From Nitrospinaceae bacterium (lineage in GTDB: Bacteria > Nitrospinota > Nitrospinia > Nitrospinales > VA-1): a DNA stretch of 64,000 bases. The position numbers and the translations under genes were made by a program. The stretch is from contig JAJDBH010000210.1 of the NCBI GenBank assembly GCA_029261455.1, forward strand, positions 136 to 64,135, read 5' to 3'. Shown here in pieces: positions 39,656-49,447 of this stretch (position 1 is the stretch's first letter; every line of letters starts with the position of its first letter). The notes beneath the pieces are model-generated. The model worked only from the letters and a program-made list of their open reading frames with translations. It was not told the origin of the DNA and searched no databases.

Positions 39656-41608
39656 TTAATTGTTAGCTTTAAAACTAACTTCTTTTTCCCACAGAATTTC
39701 ATAACCTGCGGCAACGCCGTCAACGACCTCACGGGCACTCATGGCATAGTCAAATCCCCGCCCCTGAATAGCTCCCACTAAATTAGCTGGAGCCATACCC
39801 GCTTTCAATTCGATTTTAGCCTTGTAAGGACCTTTGCCAGTCAGCGCATCGTCATCAACCCGATATTTAGCCCAACGATAACCGGATGGTTCGATACCTC
39901 TTCGATGATTTCGCTCTGTACCTGGCTCACCCGATAACACCAATGACTGGACTGAAGGTCGCACAAAAGGAATTGTTATCAATGGATAAGGGATGGGGAT
40001 GATTCTCTCCCGCTCTCCGCCACGCAGGTTTGAGACTACAAACCGTGATCGCAAGTCAAACAACTGCCCATCCAAAGGAAGCTCCCCATTATGAACAAAT
40101 GTGGATTCTCGATCGCGCACATCCCCATTCGGGTCCAGATCGCCTGATTCGAGAACCACCTTTCCGTCACGGTCTGTCACAGTAACATGGAGCCAGACAA
40201 GGCGCTCTCCTGTAAACCCAGTCGGAACATTATGGCCATCCGTTAGATTACTAACCTTAACCTTAAAGTGTATGCCTTCCTCATTACTCTGCTCGGTAAC
40301 AACTTCTCCCAGATGATAGCCATTTCGCAATACTTCCAGACGTAATTTCCGGGCATATGCCAAATGTTCAAACTGTTTGTTTAAAATCTCACGGGCATCG
40401 TAGCGGTCATCGACTGAGTCCCAACGAACAGGGAACTTCATATCCTCGGTGACCTTGTCTTCAAACTCATCGGTACCCCAGCCGGCTTTATGATCAAACT
40501 CAAGCCACTCTCTCATACTAGCCATTTCCTGAGCCTCCGCGTTATGCGGAAAAATCCCGGGATGAATGACTGAATAGTCCGGCCCCGCAAAAAAGTGACT
40601 GGTGACCTTTCGGTCTTTAGTTGGTTTCCCTCCTACCATGGCAGCAGGTCCAACATCATACCCTGAAGCCACACCCTGCTCTTTACCCATATGACAATCC
40701 TGACAAGTGGTTCCCCTAGCCGCAGCCGGAGAAGTGCGGTACTCGCTAAATGCCTCCTCAAGGCGGAAACCATTAAACAAGGTTACATCGTGGCAAGTTC
40801 CACAAAATACAGGTTGGGAGATGGAAGCAAATTTCTTAACTTCTCTATGAATTTTCCTTCCAGGCTTTCCTTCTTCGGTCACAACGCGGTATTCATCTGT
40901 ATTATCCAGAACACGTGCCATCTCTTCATTACCCATTGGCCCATATACCGGCTCGAGCAAGCCCCCTTGCTCTAAAGCTAATCTCCCACTCCTTTTATTG
41001 TAGTCCTTGTTCAAACGATGACAGACCACACAGGTTATGCCTTCACGGGATGTAGGGTGTCGGTCCAAGTTTGACATAAAAGGAGACTCACCAAGGTTGG
41101 CACCAATGGGGCTGTGGCATCTCAGGCAGAAATCCCCATTCGATCCACTGGACAACTCATTGATCTCACTGCTGAGAGAAAGATAAACCGGGCTCAACTG
41201 TGCATAAGAATGCGACGAAACCGACCACTCTCGATAATGTTTGGGATGACAGGTGCCACAGGTCGCGGCCGAAGGAAATTTACTTTCTGCAAACAGTGCT
41301 TCATGGTCTGCTGCCGCTTGTAGCGCGACATCTTTTCCAGAATTATCTTCACCCGAACCGGTCTTTTTTCCCACAGAATTAGTGGAAGATTCAGAGCCCT
41401 CTTGTGCCACCGCGCTCGCCTTCTTATCCGACATTGCAGAAGCTTTTTCGGAAGAAGCATTATTAGTGGAGCCAGGTACATTCTGGATGCAGGAATAAAG
41501 AAAGAAAAGAGCAAAACCTATTATTGCTAATGACAGAAAAGAGAAACAGTTATTTTTAGAATAAGATTTTAAAGGCAACACATCGGTAGGCTTAGTAAAA
41601 ATTCTCAT
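39656..41608 (-). CDS. Pentaheme cytochrome c, probable lipoprotein
   Basis: LYSC lipobox plus low-complexity linker; CGTCH, CLRCH, CVVCH, CGTCH, CQDCH; GHNVPTG. Confidence 0.88.
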   Translation of the reverse strand: MRIFTKPTDVLPLKSYSKNNCFSFLSLAIIGFALFFLYSCIQNVPGSTNNASSEKASAMSDKKASAVAQEGSESSTNSVGKKTGSGEDNSGKDVALQAAADHEALFAESKFPSAATCGTCHPKHYREWSVSSHSYAQLSPVYLSLSSEINELSSGSNGDFCLRCHSPIGANLGESPFMSNLDRHPTSREGITCVVCHRLNKDYNKRSGRLALEQGGLLEPVYGPMGNEEMARVLDNTDEYRVVTEEGKPGRKIHREVKKFASISQPVFCGTCHDVTLFNGFRLEEAFSEYRTSPAAARGTTCQDCHMGKEQGVASGYDVGPAAMVGGKPTKDRKVTSHFFAGPDYSVIHPGIFPHNAEAQEMASMREWLEFDHKAGWGTDEFEDKVTEDMKFPVRWDSVDDRYDAREILNKQFEHLAYARKLRLEVLRNGYHLGEVVTEQSNEEGIHFKVKVSNLTDGHNVPTGFTGERLVWLHVTVTDRDGKVVLESGDLDPNGDVRDRESTFVHNGELPLDGQLFDLRSRFVVSNLRGGERERIIPIPYPLITIPFVRPSVQSLVLSGEPGTERNHRRGIEPSGYRWAKYRVDDDALTGKGPYKAKIELKAGMAPANLVGAIQGRGFDYAMSAREVVDGVAAGYEILWEKEVSFKANN

Positions 41609-41836
41609 GTCTCACCCTGCAAAATATCAAATTGTAGTTTTCAAAAGAGAGCAAAACCCTGTCACAACTAAAACACAGGCACTCCCCGCTAAAAACGAGT
41701 CACTTTCCGCAACATACTAACTCGAATAAAGTCAGGGTCAAGTAGAAATTTCCGGCTAGGGCCAGGAGAACCTGCTAATCATCCGCAGTTCTATACATTC
41801 GGCACTTGAAGCCTCACAAACTCAAACTTTTGACAT

Positions 41837-42682
41837 TCATAGTCTACGAACAAAGGAATGATGCACTATTAGAGTTAATAAATATTGCACGGCCATAACC
41901 CAGGCAAAGGGGATCAGGCTGGATGAAAGAATTCCAAGAATAGCGAACAGGGCAAGCAGGAAAAGCGGAAGGTCTAGCCCATTCCACCGCCAAAGCAGTA
42001 GAAGAATTTTTATTTTCTCGTAGCAGGCTTTTCGTTGTTCCAAGGTCAAGTCCGCTTGCATATCTTGATCGTCTGATTTCGCCTGCCGCAAAAAACTCCA
42101 TTCACCGCGAAAAAATAATTGTTGCGCCTGCATATAATAAAAATAAAGCACCAGCACCCATGACTTTTTAGCCTTATTTTTTTGGCGGGTACTTTCAATC
42201 TCCCTTTCCATGCCATCAAAGCCTTGCAATATCAAGGTCGCCAGACTTTGCTTACAATAGTCATAAGAGATGGCTCTCAATATAATCAGTCCTGCAATAA
42301 TTTTCAGGACTGGTTCATATTCCGGAAAACCTTTAATGAGCCCTATCACCACCGCAAGGTAGGCAAAGTAGCCAGCGATACCATCAATCAGCCTACCCCA
42401 TTCGCTTGCCATGGCCTTAGCCCGAGCCAGTTGCCCGTCTACACAATCCAGCACCAAAGTCATTTCCAGCAAAATCCCCCCCAAGACCAGGGATACCGGA
42501 CTGGCAAAACTGAACGCATAACCGGAAGCAAAACCTACCAGGACGGAAAAATAGGTCACTTGATTGGGAGTCACCGGAGTGTTCTTTAAAAAACCTACAA
42601 TCTTTTTCGCAATCGGGTCCTGAATATAACGATTGACTGGCTCCACCAAGTCTCCGAAGGCGTGTCCCGATGTCTCACTCAT
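41837..42682 (-). CDS. CDP-alcohol phosphatidyltransferase family protein
   Basis: TPNQVT; DCVDGQLAR-x8-GRLID motif. Confidence 0.88.
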   Translation of the reverse strand: MSETSGHAFGDLVEPVNRYIQDPIAKKIVGFLKNTPVTPNQVTYFSVLVGFASGYAFSFASPVSLVLGGILLEMTLVLDCVDGQLARAKAMASEWGRLIDGIAGYFAYLAVVIGLIKGFPEYEPVLKIIAGLIILRAISYDYCKQSLATLILQGFDGMEREIESTRQKNKAKKSWVLVLYFYYMQAQQLFFRGEWSFLRQAKSDDQDMQADLTLEQRKACYEKIKILLLLWRWNGLDLPLFLLALFAILGILSSSLIPFAWVMAVQYLLTLIVHHSFVRRL

Positions 42683-42685
42683 GGC

Positions 42686-43693
42686 CTACATCCATTTTTC
42701 TTTTTGATACCATTTGATCGTCTCATCCAACCCTCTACTCAGCTCATATTTAGGTTCGAAGTCGAACGTCTTAAAAAAATTTTCCGGTGAAGCTGACCAG
42801 GAGCTCTGACGTATATCAATCATCCTTTGCCGATCAAACAACGCGGGTTTGGAGTTGAAGCTAGACCACGCCTCAAAAAACAAAGCAACAGGAACAAGCA
42901 CCACTTCAGGAACTCTCAAAGTCTTCACATGAACATTCAAAATACGCGCGCACTCTTTCGCAATCTGCTCCCAAACATAAACACGGCCATCAGTAACAAA
43001 ATAACTGTGTCCCTTCTGCTTAGATGGATCGGAAGCAGTGAGCATAGCATCGACTAGGTCAGAAACATAAATCAACGAAAGTTCTTTACCTGCCCTTCCA
43101 ATTTGCAACCCCCAACCTTTCTGAATCAATTTAATGAAAGTAAAAAAGTTTTCTTCTCGAGGACCATACACCACGGGAGGACGAATAACAGTAAGAGGGA
43201 GCGACTGCGAATACTGAATTGCAATTTCTTCTCCCGCAAGTTTTGACTGCCCGTAAAAAGTCACAGGTTTGCAAGGTGTGATTTCATCAACAAGGCTACC
43301 CTGAGAACTGGGACCAGTTGCCGCCAGGCTACTCAGATGGACGATGCCCTTAATCCGGCTCCCACGTTTTTGGCATTGCTCATAGAGATTTGAGCAGGCA
43401 GTCGCATTGACCTGAAAATAACCGGAACGGGATTTCGCCTTAGTCAATCCTGCGCAATGGAAAACATAATCTAACTCCTCCAAAGCAGGGACTATGAAGT
43501 CTGGTTGCGCTAAATCCACTCGGTGAAGGTGCACCTTAGAAGCATCCAGCCATTTGAGATCAGAGGATTCTCTCACCAGTCCATGAACCGTGCAACCAGA
43601 GGCCAAAAGCTGACCTACCAGATGACTGCCGATAAAACCATTCGCGCCGGTGACCAACGCCGTAGCACCTTTAAGGTGTGATGATGCGTTCAT
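42686..43693 (-). CDS. Extended SDR (NAD-dependent epimerase/dehydratase), candidate 3-oxo-ceramide/3-ketosphinganine reductase
   Basis: TGANGFIG, YGQSK, RPPVVYGP; position in operon with spt. Confidence 0.8.
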   Translation of the reverse strand: MNASSHLKGATALVTGANGFIGSHLVGQLLASGCTVHGLVRESSDLKWLDASKVHLHRVDLAQPDFIVPALEELDYVFHCAGLTKAKSRSGYFQVNATACSNLYEQCQKRGSRIKGIVHLSSLAATGPSSQGSLVDEITPCKPVTFYGQSKLAGEEIAIQYSQSLPLTVIRPPVVYGPREENFFTFIKLIQKGWGLQIGRAGKELSLIYVSDLVDAMLTASDPSKQKGHSYFVTDGRVYVWEQIAKECARILNVHVKTLRVPEVVLVPVALFFEAWSSFNSKPALFDRQRMIDIRQSSWSASPENFFKTFDFEPKYELSRGLDETIKWYQKEKWM

Positions 43694-44792
43694 AGATGCG
43701 ATGTCTTTTATAAATAGTTCCCCCTATCCGGCTCATCGGATCGGTAATGCTTTTATTATCTTCCAACAACCAGGACATCTCGCACCATTTTATCTTTTTA
43801 TCCAGAAACAATCTGTAGGTTTCATAATAAAACCAGGCATCAATACCGAGCTTGCGATATTTCTTTTTCACCCCAAGAATAGGAACTCGGTAAGCATTAA
43901 TTTTACTTTTCTTCCATAAAAATCGTGCCCAACCGAAGGGGAACAGGCTGCCATTTAGCTCTATAAGTATCTGGTTGATATCGGGAAAGGCCATGGAAAA
44001 ACCTGCGGGTTCACCTTTAACTTCGGCAATCATACAAAATTCAGGTTGAATAATGGGCTTCACTTCTCGAATAGAAAATTCAAATTCTTTTCGTTTCATA
44101 GGCACGAACCCCCAATTCAGACTCCAAGCAGAATTATAAACATCCCAAAGAATCGAAATTTCTTGATCAAACCGGCTCAGATTCAGAGGCCTTATATTAA
44201 AATGATTCCTTCGCTTTAGCTTTACTGCGGCCTGCTCCAGGTAATCTGGAATCTTTATCAAGTCAAGGCGGAAAGCTACAAGGTCTTTAGCCTTTTGCAG
44301 GCCCCATTCTTCAAAATGTTTTACATAATATTCAGGGTTATAAGGGATGCCCAGCATAGTGGGGGAGTCAAACCCTTCTACCAACAGACCACATTCATGA
44401 TTGGTCGACAAATTCATCGGTCCTATCAGACGAGCATACCCTTTTTCCTGACACCATTGATAAGCCTTGTCCAACAAAAAGCGGAAGAGGTTTGGGTCAT
44501 CCATCGCCTCAAGCATGCCAAACATTCCAGCAAGTTCCGAATGAACTTCCTGATAGCCCTGATCATGAATCAGAGCAATTCTACCCACTGGTGATCGATC
44601 ACTATCAAGCGCCAAAAAAAGATCGACTTCAGCATGTTCGAAAAAAGGATTGATGTCAGGATTCAGGAACTTTTTACGTTCCTGTATAAGGGGAGGAACC
44701 CAGCATGGCTGGTCTTTATAAACTTTCCAGGGTAGACGAATGAATCGTTCCAGATCCTGTTTGGTTTCAACCTTTACTAGTTCAAAACCCAT
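43671..44792 (-). CDS. GNAT-fold N-acyltransferase, bacterial ceramide synthase (CerS/YghO-like)
   Basis: FIRLPW..Y...WVPPL, NPFFEH, GPMNLSTNHECGLLVEGF, YNPEYY, NWGFVP, EMSWLLEDN. Confidence 0.8.
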   Translation of the reverse strand: MGFELVKVETKQDLERFIRLPWKVYKDQPCWVPPLIQERKKFLNPDINPFFEHAEVDLFLALDSDRSPVGRIALIHDQGYQEVHSELAGMFGMLEAMDDPNLFRFLLDKAYQWCQEKGYARLIGPMNLSTNHECGLLVEGFDSPTMLGIPYNPEYYVKHFEEWGLQKAKDLVAFRLDLIKIPDYLEQAAVKLKRRNHFNIRPLNLSRFDQEISILWDVYNSAWSLNWGFVPMKRKEFEFSIREVKPIIQPEFCMIAEVKGEPAGFSMAFPDINQILIELNGSLFPFGWARFLWKKSKINAYRVPILGVKKKYRKLGIDAWFYYETYRLFLDKKIKWCEMSWLLEDNKSITDPMSRIGGTIYKRHRIYERIITP

Positions 44793-44794
44793 TT

Positions 44795-46126
44795 TTACTT
44801 AGGAATAACACCTAACTTTGTCCCAAGCTTCTTGAAAGAACCAAGTACTTTATCAAGATCTTTCTGGTCATGGGCAGAGGTATAGCTGGTTCTAATCATA
44901 GCGTTAAGAGGTGGCACAACGGGTGATACTGCGACTCCTGCAAAAACCCCATCATCAAAAAGGAGTCGGTTCAAATAAAGAGTGAGAGCTTCTTCTCCTA
45001 TTTTTATGGGCACAATAGGAATAGAATTATTATTAACCTGAAAGCCCATATCAAAAAACCCTCTTTTTATATAAGCTGTATTTTCCTGCAACTTATCGAT
45101 ACGCTCTGGCTCATTAATCATGATATCCAGACCCGCAATGACCCCGGCAACAGACGCAGGAGGCAGAGCTGCGGTAAAGATAAATGCCGAAGCTTTATGA
45201 CGAATAAACTCGGTTATCTTGGACTTGGCAGAAATAAACCCACCGATAGACCCCAAGCTTTTGGAAAACGTTCCCATATAAATATCTATTTCGTCTTCCA
45301 AGTTGTAGTAGCTGGCAACGCCCTTGCCATTTTCACCCATGACACCCAGGCCATGAGCCTCATCAACCATGACGTTGGCACCATAATCTTTCGCAAGTTT
45401 CACAATAGCGGGAAGATTGGCAATATCGCCGCTCATACTGAATATACTGTCAGTAATAATTATTTTTCCTTCAACATCTGAATATTTTTTCAAATAATAT
45501 TCAAGATGATCCATATCATTATGCTGATAGCGGACAGTCTTTCCAGGTGCAACCCCACACCCCTCGTAGATACTGGCATGGTTTTCCCGGTCCGAAAAAG
45601 CCACATCCTTTCTACCCAATAGACAGGCGATGGTTCCCTGATTTGCCTGAAACCCCGTGGACATGACAATGGTATCTTCCCGGTTCAAAAAAGAAGAAAT
45701 TTCCCTTTCCAAGGTCTTATGCAGATCGAAGGTGCCATTGAGAAAACGGCTACCGGTACAACCAATGCCGAATTTTTCCAATGCATCTCTAGCCGCTGCG
45801 ACCACACGAGGTTCTTGTGCCAGTCCGAGATAATTATTGGTGGAAACAGAAATAGCTGGCTTCCCGTCAATGACAACATGGCACCCATCAATCTCCTCAA
45901 TCGCTCTGAAATACGGGTAAATCCCCAGTTCCTTGGCTTGTTCTGGCGCAAAATAGCCGAAGCATTTTGCCAGAATCCCTTTGTCTTTACTGTTGGGGGG
46001 GCGCAGGTGGGAATTTTCAAAATCAAACTTCTTTTTCAACAAAGAAGTGATTTTACTCTTCTTTAAATGAGAAGGTTCTCCGTCATTACTTTCAAGTTCA
46101 CTGAGCAGGGTAAAAGGTTTTGTCAT
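44795..46126 (-). CDS. spt: Serine palmitoyltransferase-like PLP alpha-oxoamine synthase
   Basis: YPYFR, NNYLGL, GSRFLNGT, TGFQAN, NHASI, DEAH, GTFSKS; adjacent to a CerS-like gene. Confidence 0.8.
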   Translation of the reverse strand: MTKPFTLLSELESNDGEPSHLKKSKITSLLKKKFDFENSHLRPPNSKDKGILAKCFGYFAPEQAKELGIYPYFRAIEEIDGCHVVIDGKPAISVSTNNYLGLAQEPRVVAAARDALEKFGIGCTGSRFLNGTFDLHKTLEREISSFLNREDTIVMSTGFQANQGTIACLLGRKDVAFSDRENHASIYEGCGVAPGKTVRYQHNDMDHLEYYLKKYSDVEGKIIITDSIFSMSGDIANLPAIVKLAKDYGANVMVDEAHGLGVMGENGKGVASYYNLEDEIDIYMGTFSKSLGSIGGFISAKSKITEFIRHKASAFIFTAALPPASVAGVIAGLDIMINEPERIDKLQENTAYIKRGFFDMGFQVNNNSIPIVPIKIGEEALTLYLNRLLFDDGVFAGVAVSPVVPPLNAMIRTSYTSAHDQKDLDKVLGSFKKLGTKLGVIPK

Positions 46127-46175
46127 AAGTTTCTCATCAGAAATTTATAAGAGTTTAAAACCATAATTTATAGTT

Positions 46176-47228
46176 TCAGTTGGCAGCCTGTTTCCACAAC
46201 TGGTTCAGCGTCGGAAGCAAACCTGCGCAGACAGTTTGGCCGTATAGGGAGTTCTCTCCTTGATCCAAGATCAGTCGGCGATGCGCCTCTTCTAATGCGT
46301 GATAAGGCAGATCAGGAAACAAGTGATGCGTCGCATGAAAGCGAAGCCCCACTGGAGCCCATAAAGGAGTCGTCCATCTATTCCCGGGAATATTGACCGA
46401 GTCCAGCATTTGACTTGGGTAGCTCATCGCATCTTCCTTGGGGTTTTGATAGCGGTGAGCCCCCAGGGTTCGAATGGAATTAACCATAAAAATCAACGCC
46501 TCAACACAATACCACAGGATTAGGGCCATCACAGGAATAATTTCCGTCAAAACGGCCCCCAGAAATGCCCAGGCAAAAATACATGCCAAAAACTCCTGTA
46601 TTTTCCAATCTTCCGCATTCTTCCAGGAAGATTCCGGTCGCTGGTAATCCAAGTCAATAACCAGGGCAGACATCCTGGCCATCAAAAAAAATCTCAATTT
46701 CTTATTAATCAGGGATAGGGGAGTTAGAACTGAAAAACGTGCCAAAAATATAATCGGGACCAGAAATGAAAAAAGAACATGAATGATAATCCACCTTCTT
46801 CCTTTTAAAGCGAATGGGAAATATTCCCCATCCTTTTCGGTCCCATAGAAATTCTGTTTATGGTGATCGAAGTGAACAGACTGATAAAGAAAAATGGGAA
46901 GCATCAAAGGAAAACCACAAAGTATATTCCAGGTCCAACGAAATATCTTGAAGGTGTTTTTTTTGAAATGGACAATCTCATGAATGAATAACACCGCCCG
47001 GTACAAAGACAGACAGGAAAGAGTCACAAAAAATATTTGTCGGGAAGAAAAAACAGGAGCCATCAGGGCCAGAGCAAAAGTACTCCACCCCAGAATGGCA
47101 CTGAATAAAAAATCTACCCAATAAATAAAAGGGTTGGGCCGAAAGAGATCCTTAACCAGTTCTCTCGCCCTGCTCATCGGAAAATCTTCCTGCTCCCTTG
47201 AGTTCTTTTCATCGGTCTGTTGCGTCAA
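46176..47228 (-). CDS. Membrane fatty acid desaturase family protein
   Basis: His boxes HEIVH, HFDHH, HATHH. Confidence 0.88.
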   Translation of the reverse strand: MTQQTDEKNSREQEDFPMSRARELVKDLFRPNPFIYWVDFLFSAILGWSTFALALMAPVFSSRQIFFVTLSCLSLYRAVLFIHEIVHFKKNTFKIFRWTWNILCGFPLMLPIFLYQSVHFDHHKQNFYGTEKDGEYFPFALKGRRWIIIHVLFSFLVPIIFLARFSVLTPLSLINKKLRFFLMARMSALVIDLDYQRPESSWKNAEDWKIQEFLACIFAWAFLGAVLTEIIPVMALILWYCVEALIFMVNSIRTLGAHRYQNPKEDAMSYPSQMLDSVNIPGNRWTTPLWAPVGLRFHATHHLFPDLPYHALEEAHRRLILDQGENSLYGQTVCAGLLPTLNQLWKQAAN

Positions 47229-47252
47229 AACAATCGTCCTAATAATGAGTTG

Positions 47253-47591
47253 TTATTTTTTTTCTGCGCAGGATACGCATAACACATTTTCCGGCATGAG
47301 CAAGATACGACCTTTTGGAATCGTGTTTGCACAACGCACACAGACTCCAAAATCCGACATGCCTACCTTACTTAGGGCTTTTTCAAGCTTGACCAGTTTA
47401 GCCTGAGCTGAATTTAACGAAGCTTCGCTAATGTTCTGGCTATTGATGGCCTCCATTCGGGTGAGGCGGCCTATGGCGTTGTCCGGAGAAACCGGTTTGG
47501 AGGTTTCAGTAAAACTTTCTATCAAGTGCTTTTGCACCTCAATCTCATCAGTAATTTGCTTTTTAAGTTCCGCTCTACTCTCATCATCCAT
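47253..47591 (-). CDS. TraR/DksA C4-type zinc finger protein
   Basis: Coiled coil with DNAIGRLTRMEA; CVRC...CVSC. Confidence 0.88.
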   Translation of the reverse strand: MDDESRAELKKQITDEIEVQKHLIESFTETSKPVSPDNAIGRLTRMEAINSQNISEASLNSAQAKLVKLEKALSKVGMSDFGVCVRCANTIPKGRILLMPENVLCVSCAEKK

Positions 47592-47624
47592 ACACGACCC
47601 TACCATTAATGCGTAAAAATCGGA

Positions 47625-48413
47625 TTATTTTTGAACTTGAATAAATCCGGACATAGCGCATCTTTGAGCCAATAGGGGAGTGAAACGGTTGGTATCTTGA
47701 GAGAGGTCATCCATAAACTCATGCGCCAGGTTCTGATCTTCAAAACATTCGTAAATATCATCTAGAAATCCTCCCCGCAACAGTGGGTGCTCAAGAAAAT
47801 CCCTGCCGGATTGGGTAAAAATTTCCAACGGCCATTCTGTCACCTCGACCCGCTCCAGACCCAGTTCCTCCAGCCATTGTTTCGCATGATTAGCAGAAGG
47901 TCGTTCCTCTATGTATTCGGACAGAGCTTTTCGTTCTTTCTCCAGTTTTCGCCTCTTCATTTCCTCATCCACGAGATCCCATAAAGAGTCAAAGGTTCCC
48001 ATCGAGGGAAAAGTCAGAACAATTTGTCCGCCCGGCTTTAAAAACTGGACCAGATTGCTGAGAGCCTCAAAACGATTCGGGCGAAAAAACATGAAAGAGA
48101 GGTTGCCGGTTATGCAGTTAAACCGCGGGAGTGTCGGCGGCAAAAAGCGCATGTCTCCCACTTCAAACTGCAACCACGGCATTTGTCGACCTTGAATCGA
48201 CCGGGAGCGAAGCACTTGCCCCTGATGAATATCAACCGCCAACACACTGCCTTCAGGCCCGACCTGTTCAGCAAGGTGAAATGCCGGGACCCCTCCCCCA
48301 GCGGCAATGTCCAGCACCGAGTCACCTGGTTGCAGTTCCAGTTTATGCATCAATAGTTCTGCAAACGGGGTAGACCAAGGGTCATTTTTGGGCAAAGGCC
48401 ATGATAAGGCCAT
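47625..48413 (-). CDS. Class I SAM-dependent methyltransferase
   Basis: VLDIAAGGG, LAVD, GDM, LKPGG. Confidence 0.88.
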   Translation of the reverse strand: MALSWPLPKNDPWSTPFAELLMHKLELQPGDSVLDIAAGGGVPAFHLAEQVGPEGSVLAVDIHQGQVLRSRSIQGRQMPWLQFEVGDMRFLPPTLPRFNCITGNLSFMFFRPNRFEALSNLVQFLKPGGQIVLTFPSMGTFDSLWDLVDEEMKRRKLEKERKALSEYIEERPSANHAKQWLEELGLERVEVTEWPLEIFTQSGRDFLEHPLLRGGFLDDIYECFEDQNLAHEFMDDLSQDTNRFTPLLAQRCAMSGFIQVQK

Positions 48414-48502
48414 AACATTCCTTTCAGTTTTTAATCTCTGACCAATCCGGTTATTCCGGTTATTATAAAGCAATCATTATTCTACCGGATAAATGGCCCA
48501 GC

Positions 48503-49294
48503 ATGGATATTTTTACCGACGATAGACTTCCCGATTCATACGCCATATGCCTTATCGGTCATGGAAGTAGCGACTCAAAAGGAGTCGAGGAATTTTTAAC
48601 CCTGGCACAAAAATTACACAAAAGAAAATTCTGCGAAATAATAGAATCTGGGTTTTTGGAATTTGCCAAACCCACTGCTGCTGAAGCTCTGTCAACTTGC
48701 CAACGTAATGGCGTTAAAAATATCATTATACTTCCGGGTATTTTATTTTCCGGAGAACACACGCAAAGGGATGTCCCTCACACTGTTGGCGAGGTGTTTC
48801 GAAATCACCCAGAAATCAACTTGATTTATGCCGAGCCTCTGGCAACACAACCCAAAGTTATTGAAGCCTGCCAGAAACGAATTGAGGGGGAGGAAAAGGT
48901 TTCGACAAAACCTTTTTCCCGGTCAGAGACATTGCTCATGACTGTTGGTCATGGAAGCCGCGACAATGCCTTCAACTCCGAAGTTGAAACAATCCTTTCC
49001 CAACTGGGAGAAAAAATGGGCTTTGGCAAAACCCTCACCTGCTTTGCAGGAACTTCCCCGCAATATCTGGAAGTCATGCAGGAGAAATTCACTCCACAAG
49101 GGTTCCGTCGTGTCATATTATTACCCTTTTTTTTATTTAATGGAGTTTGGGTCAAACGCGTGCATGCTCTCGCCGACACTTTTCAGAGAAAATACCCGGA
49201 CACAGAATTCCTCAAAACCCCCTGCCTCAACCATCATGATTTTATCATTGACGCATTGATTCAAAGAGTCCGAGAAAGTGTTTTAAACAAATAA
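48503..49294 (+). CDS. cbiX: Sirohydrochlorin chelatase (two-domain CbiX)
   Basis: GHGS, GFLEFAKP, GEHTQRDVP, second GHGS, PFFLF. Confidence 0.85.
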   Translation: MDIFTDDRLPDSYAICLIGHGSSDSKGVEEFLTLAQKLHKRKFCEIIESGFLEFAKPTAAEALSTCQRNGVKNIIILPGILFSGEHTQRDVPHTVGEVFRNHPEINLIYAEPLATQPKVIEACQKRIEGEEKVSTKPFSRSETLLMTVGHGSRDNAFNSEVETILSQLGEKMGFGKTLTCFAGTSPQYLEVMQEKFTPQGFRRVILLPFFLFNGVWVKRVHALADTFQRKYPDTEFLKTPCLNHHDFIIDALIQRVRESVLNK

Positions 49295-49447
49295 TTCTGA
49301 TTTCAAAATTGCCCGTATCAAGACATCTTTTAATTCCACATTTTTCGCTTATATTAAAACTAACACGACTATAATAAACTTCAAAGTTGGAGCAGGAATG
49401 CAACCCATATCTATCAATATCAGCAATGATTTTTCTGAGCTATTAAA

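Noticed and set aside
39656..41608. Hydroxylamine oxidoreductase or NrfA
   Set aside because: Five CxxCH motifs rather than eight, and no CxxCK motif.
44795..46126. bioF or a second kbl
   Set aside because: The GTFSKS/GSRFLNGT motifs and the CerS-like neighbour favour Spt; a true kbl is at 58546 and no bio genes are adjacent.
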